Shown here one piece after another: positions 7,190 through 10,693 of a DNA stretch of 10,693 bases. Location of the stretch: NCBI GenBank assembly GCA_041577295.1, contig JBFGJG010000080.1, positions 1 through 10,693 of the forward strand. Direction: 5' to 3'. Source of the stretch: Gemmatimonadales bacterium. Lineage in GTDB: Bacteria > Gemmatimonadota > Gemmatimonadetes > Gemmatimonadales > GWC2-71-9. Numbering within the stretch: position 1 is the first letter of the stretch; each line of letters begins with the position of its first letter. The translations under genes and the position numbers were made by a program. The notes below the pieces were generated by a model. The model did not search any database and was not told where the DNA came from. It saw only the letters and a program-made list of their open reading frames with translations.

Positions 7190-8148
7190 CCCCACGGCCT
7201 CCTGAGAGCGTGGCCGAGGATGCACGTCGGCCGGAGATCGCGGAGTTCTTGTCGTTCCTCTCCGACGAGCGAAACGATTCGCCGAACACAGTGAGAGCGT
7301 ACGGTCGAGACCTGGCCGCCTTTGCGACGTTTTGCGATGACTACTACGGGGGAGATGCGGTGTGGGAGTGGACCACGGTCGATCGCCTCGCAGTCCGTAG
7401 CTTCATGGCGGAGCTGACACGCCGCGGTCTCGCCAAGCGGTCGATTGCGCGTTCGGTGTCTGCCTTGCGCACGTTTTACCAGTTTCTCGCCACGAGGCAT
7501 GGTCCGATCGTCAATCCGGCTCGTGCGGTACGTCTGCCGAAGCTGGATCGCCGGCTTCCGACCGTACTCGATCGGGCGCAGATTGAGCTGCTGTTCGAGT
7601 TCGCTGCATGGCTAGCAAGCGAGGGCGGCTTCGCCCAGACACGCGACCTGGCCATTCTCGAACTATTCTACTCGTGTGGGATTCGCCTCTCCGAGCTCTC
7701 GGGCTTGAATCTCTCGGACGTAGACGTGGTCGCCGAACAACTCAAGGTCCGCGGGAAGGGTCGCAAAGAGCGAATACTGCCTCTCGGCGGACACGCGGCG
7801 CGCGCGCTCCGCACGTATTACGGAGAGCGAGATCACCTGCTGGCAGAGGTGACCGTCAAGGCGTCCGATCGGCGGGCAGTGTTCCTTTCGCAGAAAGGGC
7901 GACGTTTGACACCGCGAGGCGTTCAGTACCTGGTCAAGCGGTTGTTTCGTCAGCTGGGTGACATCGGCGATGCAAGTCCCCACAGCATCCGCCACAGCTT
8001 TGCGACGCATCTGCTCGACGCCGGTGCGGACTTGCGCGCGGTTCAGGAGCTGCTGGGTCACGCATCACTGAGCACGACGCAGGTGTATACTCATACGAGT
8101 GTCGAACGCCTCAAACGCGTTTATCAGCACACGCATCCAAGAGCTTGA
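7186..8148 (+). CDS. xerC: Tyrosine recombinase of the XerC/XerD family (XerC by gene context)
   Basis: SAM-like N-domain ([12 protein letters not shown]). The catalytic set is intact: GIRLSEL (R), GKGRKER (K), [10 protein letters not shown] (HxxR) and [14 protein letters not shown] (H, Y). It has an ATGA overlap with trmFO and occupies the position of Bacillus codV between trmFO and hslV. Confidence 0.9.
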   Translation: MTPRPPESVAEDARRPEIAEFLSFLSDERNDSPNTVRAYGRDLAAFATFCDDYYGGDAVWEWTTVDRLAVRSFMAELTRRGLAKRSIARSVSALRTFYQFLATRHGPIVNPARAVRLPKLDRRLPTVLDRAQIELLFEFAAWLASEGGFAQTRDLAILELFYSCGIRLSELSGLNLSDVDVVAEQLKVRGKGRKERILPLGGHAARALRTYYGERDHLLAEVTVKASDRRAVFLSQKGRRLTPRGVQYLVKRLFRQLGDIGDASPHSIRHSFATHLLDAGADLRAVQELLGHASLSTTQVYTHTSVERLKRVYQHTHPRA

Positions 8149-8182
8149 GGTAGGCGGCAATCGGCGTAACCCACAGAGGTCT

Positions 8183-8734
8183 ATGAGCTATCACGGCACC
8201 ACAATTCTGTGCGTTCGCAAAGACGGCCACGTTGCCATGGGTGGCGACGGGCAGGTCACCGTCGGTGACACGGTCATGAAAGCGCACGCTAACAAGATCC
8301 GCAAGCTGGCAGATGGCCGGGTAGTTGCCGGTTTCGCCGGCGCCATTGCAGACGCGCTTACGCTGTTCGAGAAGTTCGAGGAGAAGATCCGACGGTTCCC
8401 GGACAACTTGCCCCGCGCCTCTGTCGAGCTGGCGAAAGACTGGCGCAGCGACCGGATTCTCCGACGGCTGGAAGCCCTGCTCGCGGTGGCCAACTTCGAT
8501 AATTGCTTTGTGATCTCGGGGACGGGAGAACTGATTGAGCCGGATGACGGCATCTTGGCCATCGGCAGTGGGGGAAACTACGCCTTGGCCGCTGCTCGAG
8601 CCTTGTCGAACGGTACGGAGCTTGGCGCTCGCGAGATAGTACAACAGGCGCTCGAGATCGCGGCCGACATCTGCGTCTTCACCAATCGCAACATTACCGT
8701 GCTCGAGCTCGAGCGCGGTGACCCGAAGCGTTAG
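8183..8734 (+). CDS. hslV: ATP-dependent protease peptidase subunit HslV (ClpQ)
   Basis: [13 protein letters not shown] (short propeptide before the catalytic Thr), [35 protein letters not shown] and ICVFTN. ATG 8183 follows AGAGGT. Confidence 0.96.
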   Translation: MSYHGTTILCVRKDGHVAMGGDGQVTVGDTVMKAHANKIRKLADGRVVAGFAGAIADALTLFEKFEEKIRRFPDNLPRASVELAKDWRSDRILRRLEALLAVANFDNCFVISGTGELIEPDDGILAIGSGGNYALAAARALSNGTELGAREIVQQALEIAADICVFTNRNITVLELERGDPKR

Positions 8735-8754
8735 AGGGATGGCGAGTCAGAACC

Positions 8755-10302
8755 ATGGGAGCTGATCCTGAAACGATCGTCCAAAAACTAGATGCTGCGG
8801 ACAGCGGACCACAGCCGCTGCCATGGCTCGAGGAACTCCACCCGCGGCAAATCGTTGCTGAGCTCGATCGCTATATCGTAGGCCAGGCCGCCGCAAAGAA
8901 GTCGGTGGCGATCGCGATTCGCAATCGGTGGCGGCGCCAGCGGGCACCCGAAGAGATCCGCGACGAGATCCTCCCCAACAACATCATCATGATTGGCCCC
9001 ACCGGGGTCGGGAAGACGGAGATAGCGCGACGGCTCGCGCGTCTCGCCGGCGCCCCATTCATCAAGGTGGAGGCATCGAAGTTTACTGAAGTTGGTTACG
9101 TCGGGCGGGATGTGGAGTCGATGGTGCGGGATCTCGTGGATGTCTCCATCAACATGGTGCGCAGCGAGCGTGAGGACGACGTCTTCCCCACCGCCGAACA
9201 ACGTGCGGAGAACCGATTGCTCGACCTGCTCCTTCCCGGACCACCGTCTGCCCCGGCGCGCCCATCAACTCCCGATCGGAAAGTGGACGAGCCTCGAGAG
9301 GCGACTGAGAAGGAACCGGCTGAGTCTGAAAGCCATGCGCTGTTCATCGTCTCCGCAGACGGAGAGGTCCGCCGCGAAGATGAGCAGGACGTCAGCCCTG
9401 ACGAAGTCACCGTGCGCCGAAAACGCACGCGGGAGAAGCTGCTCCAGTTATTGCGCGACGGCAAGCTCGAGGATCGTGAAGTGGAAATCGAGGTCACACA
9501 GCAGAGTTTTCCGATGCTCGAGTTCATGCAGCCCCCACCGGGCATGGAGGGCACGGATATCAACATCTCCGAGATGCTGCAGGACATGCTGCCCAAGCGC
9601 ACGAAGAAGCGCGTTGTCCGCTTGAACGAGGCCCGTCGCATTTTGATCGATGAGGAGCTCAAGAAGCTCATCGACATGGACGATGTGGTGAACGAAGCGC
9701 TCGACCGCGTGGAGAACCACGGTATCATCTTCGTCGATGAGCTGGACAAGATCGCAGGAGAGCGCAGCCAGGCCGGGCCGGACGTATCTCGCGAAGGGGT
9801 GCAGCGAGATCTTCTGCCGATCGTCGAAGGCTCCACGGTCCAGACCCGCTACGGATACGTTCGCACCGATCACGTGCTCTTTATCGCCGCCGGCGCGTTT
9901 CACGTCTCCAAGCCGTCCGACCTGATTCCCGAGTTACAAGGACGCTTCCCGATTCGGGTCGAGCTCTCGTCCCTGACGCGGGAAGACTTCGTCCGCATCA
10001 TGACTGAGCCCGAGAACTCCCTAATCAAGCAGTACCAAGCCCTGTGCAGCACGGAGGGGGCCGAGCTGACCTTCGAGGACGATGCGGTTTCCGAGATTGC
10101 CCGCATTGCCATGTTGATGAACGAGCGCATGGAGAACATCGGCGCACGAAGACTCCACACGGTCATGACCACCCTGCTCGAAGAGGTGCTCTTCGAGCTC
10201 CCCAACATCCCCGAGAAGCACGTGAAGTTCGACGCGGCGCGTGTGCAGGATCGACTCATACGCATCGTCGAAGACGAGGACCTCAGGAAGTACATCCTCT
10301 AG
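8755..10302 (+). CDS. hslU: ATP-dependent protease ATPase subunit HslU (ClpY)
   Basis: PRQIVAELDRYIVGQ, Walker A GPTGVGKT, pore loop TEVGYVG, Walker B IFVDELDKI, GVQRDLLP, ELQGRFPIRVEL, ENIGARRL and C-terminal DLRKYIL. Confidence 0.97.
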   Translation: MGADPETIVQKLDAADSGPQPLPWLEELHPRQIVAELDRYIVGQAAAKKSVAIAIRNRWRRQRAPEEIRDEILPNNIIMIGPTGVGKTEIARRLARLAGAPFIKVEASKFTEVGYVGRDVESMVRDLVDVSINMVRSEREDDVFPTAEQRAENRLLDLLLPGPPSAPARPSTPDRKVDEPREATEKEPAESESHALFIVSADGEVRREDEQDVSPDEVTVRRKRTREKLLQLLRDGKLEDREVEIEVTQQSFPMLEFMQPPPGMEGTDINISEMLQDMLPKRTKKRVVRLNEARRILIDEELKKLIDMDDVVNEALDRVENHGIIFVDELDKIAGERSQAGPDVSREGVQRDLLPIVEGSTVQTRYGYVRTDHVLFIAAGAFHVSKPSDLIPELQGRFPIRVELSSLTREDFVRIMTEPENSLIKQYQALCSTEGAELTFEDDAVSEIARIAMLMNERMENIGARRLHTVMTTLLEEVLFELPNIPEKHVKFDAARVQDRLIRIVEDEDLRKYIL

Positions 10303-10326
10303 CGAGCCCGCGGTCGCTGAATCCAC

Positions 10327-10356
10327 TTTACAACTCCCGGTTTGGGGAGCTAAGAT
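10327..10356 (+). promoter_or_regulatory. Putative sigma70-type promoter for argF
   Basis: TTTACA (10327-10332, 5/6 match to TTGACA), an 18-bp spacer, then TAAGAT (10351-10356, 4/6 match to TATAAT with the conserved T, A and final T). It ends 42 nt upstream of the argF ATG. Confidence 0.55.
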
Positions 10357-10398
10357 GCGACCCCAGACTGTCAATTTGGCCGACAAACGCCGTCAGAT

Positions 10399-10693
10399 AT
10401 GCCGAAACGCGATTTTATCAAACTCACTGACCTCACCGCAGGCGAGCTCTCGGAGCTCTTGCGTCTCGCAGCCGACATGAAAGCGGGTCGCAACCGGGAT
10501 CGTCCGCTCGCGGGGAAAACGCTTGCCATGATTTTCGCCAAGAGCAGCACGCGGACACGCGTGTCGTTCGAGGTGGGAATGTATCAGCTCGGGGGGCACG
10601 CGCTGTTCTTGTCGTCGCGAGACATTCAGCTCGGACGCGGCGAGCCGATCATGGACACCGCGCGCGTCCTCTCGCGCTATGTCGACGGGATCA
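10399..10693 (+). CDS. argF: Ornithine carbamoyltransferase, 5' part (runs off the window; absent from the ORF track)
   Basis: Manual translation: [98 protein letters not shown]. It has the carbamoyl-phosphate motif STRTR and the OTCase-type [15 protein letters not shown]. Confidence 0.92.
   Translation, partial: MPKRDFIKLTDLTAGELSELLRLAADMKAGRNRDRPLAGKTLAMIFAKSSTRTRVSFEVGMYQLGGHALFLSSRDIQLGRGEPIMDTARVLSRYVDGI

Noticed and set aside
7186..8148. Tyrosine recombinase as a phage or island integrase
   Set aside because: It has XerC-like size and motifs, is coupled within trmFO-xerC-hslVU, and has no att repeats, tRNA or cargo genes nearby.
8183..8197. HslV not starting with Met-Thr-Thr
   Set aside because: Short propeptides ending in HG or HA before the catalytic Thr are common in HslV proteins and are removed by processing.
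8739..8765. 8-codon mini-ORF (MASQNHGS) bridging hslV and the hslU start
   Set aside because: The purine-rich tract abuts its ATG with no spacing, there is no other support, and such short ORFs arise by chance.

Overview
GC-rich bacterial chromosomal window with all credible genes on the + strand, mostly housekeeping. In order: the 3' part of a large, uncharacterised YVTN/YncE-like beta-propeller protein, a terminator-like hairpin, aroC-aroK, a 254-bp structured intergenic region, the conserved topA-trmFO-xerC-hslV-hslU cluster, a sigma70-like promoter, and the 5' end of argF. The lineage may be Gemmatimonadota, but this is an impression from gene order and protein style, not a test result. 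I see no CRISPR array, rRNA/tRNA, transposase or phage gene, and I cannot support a claim of a new multi-gene system. The best candidates for something undescribed are: (i) the aroK-topA spacer, with an AT-rich 13-3-13 palindrome inside a possible three-stem RNA fold and a 13-bp direct repeat; (ii) the orphan beta-propeller protein; (iii) an N-terminal Lys-rich tail on TopA; (iv) an enlarged HslU I-domain.
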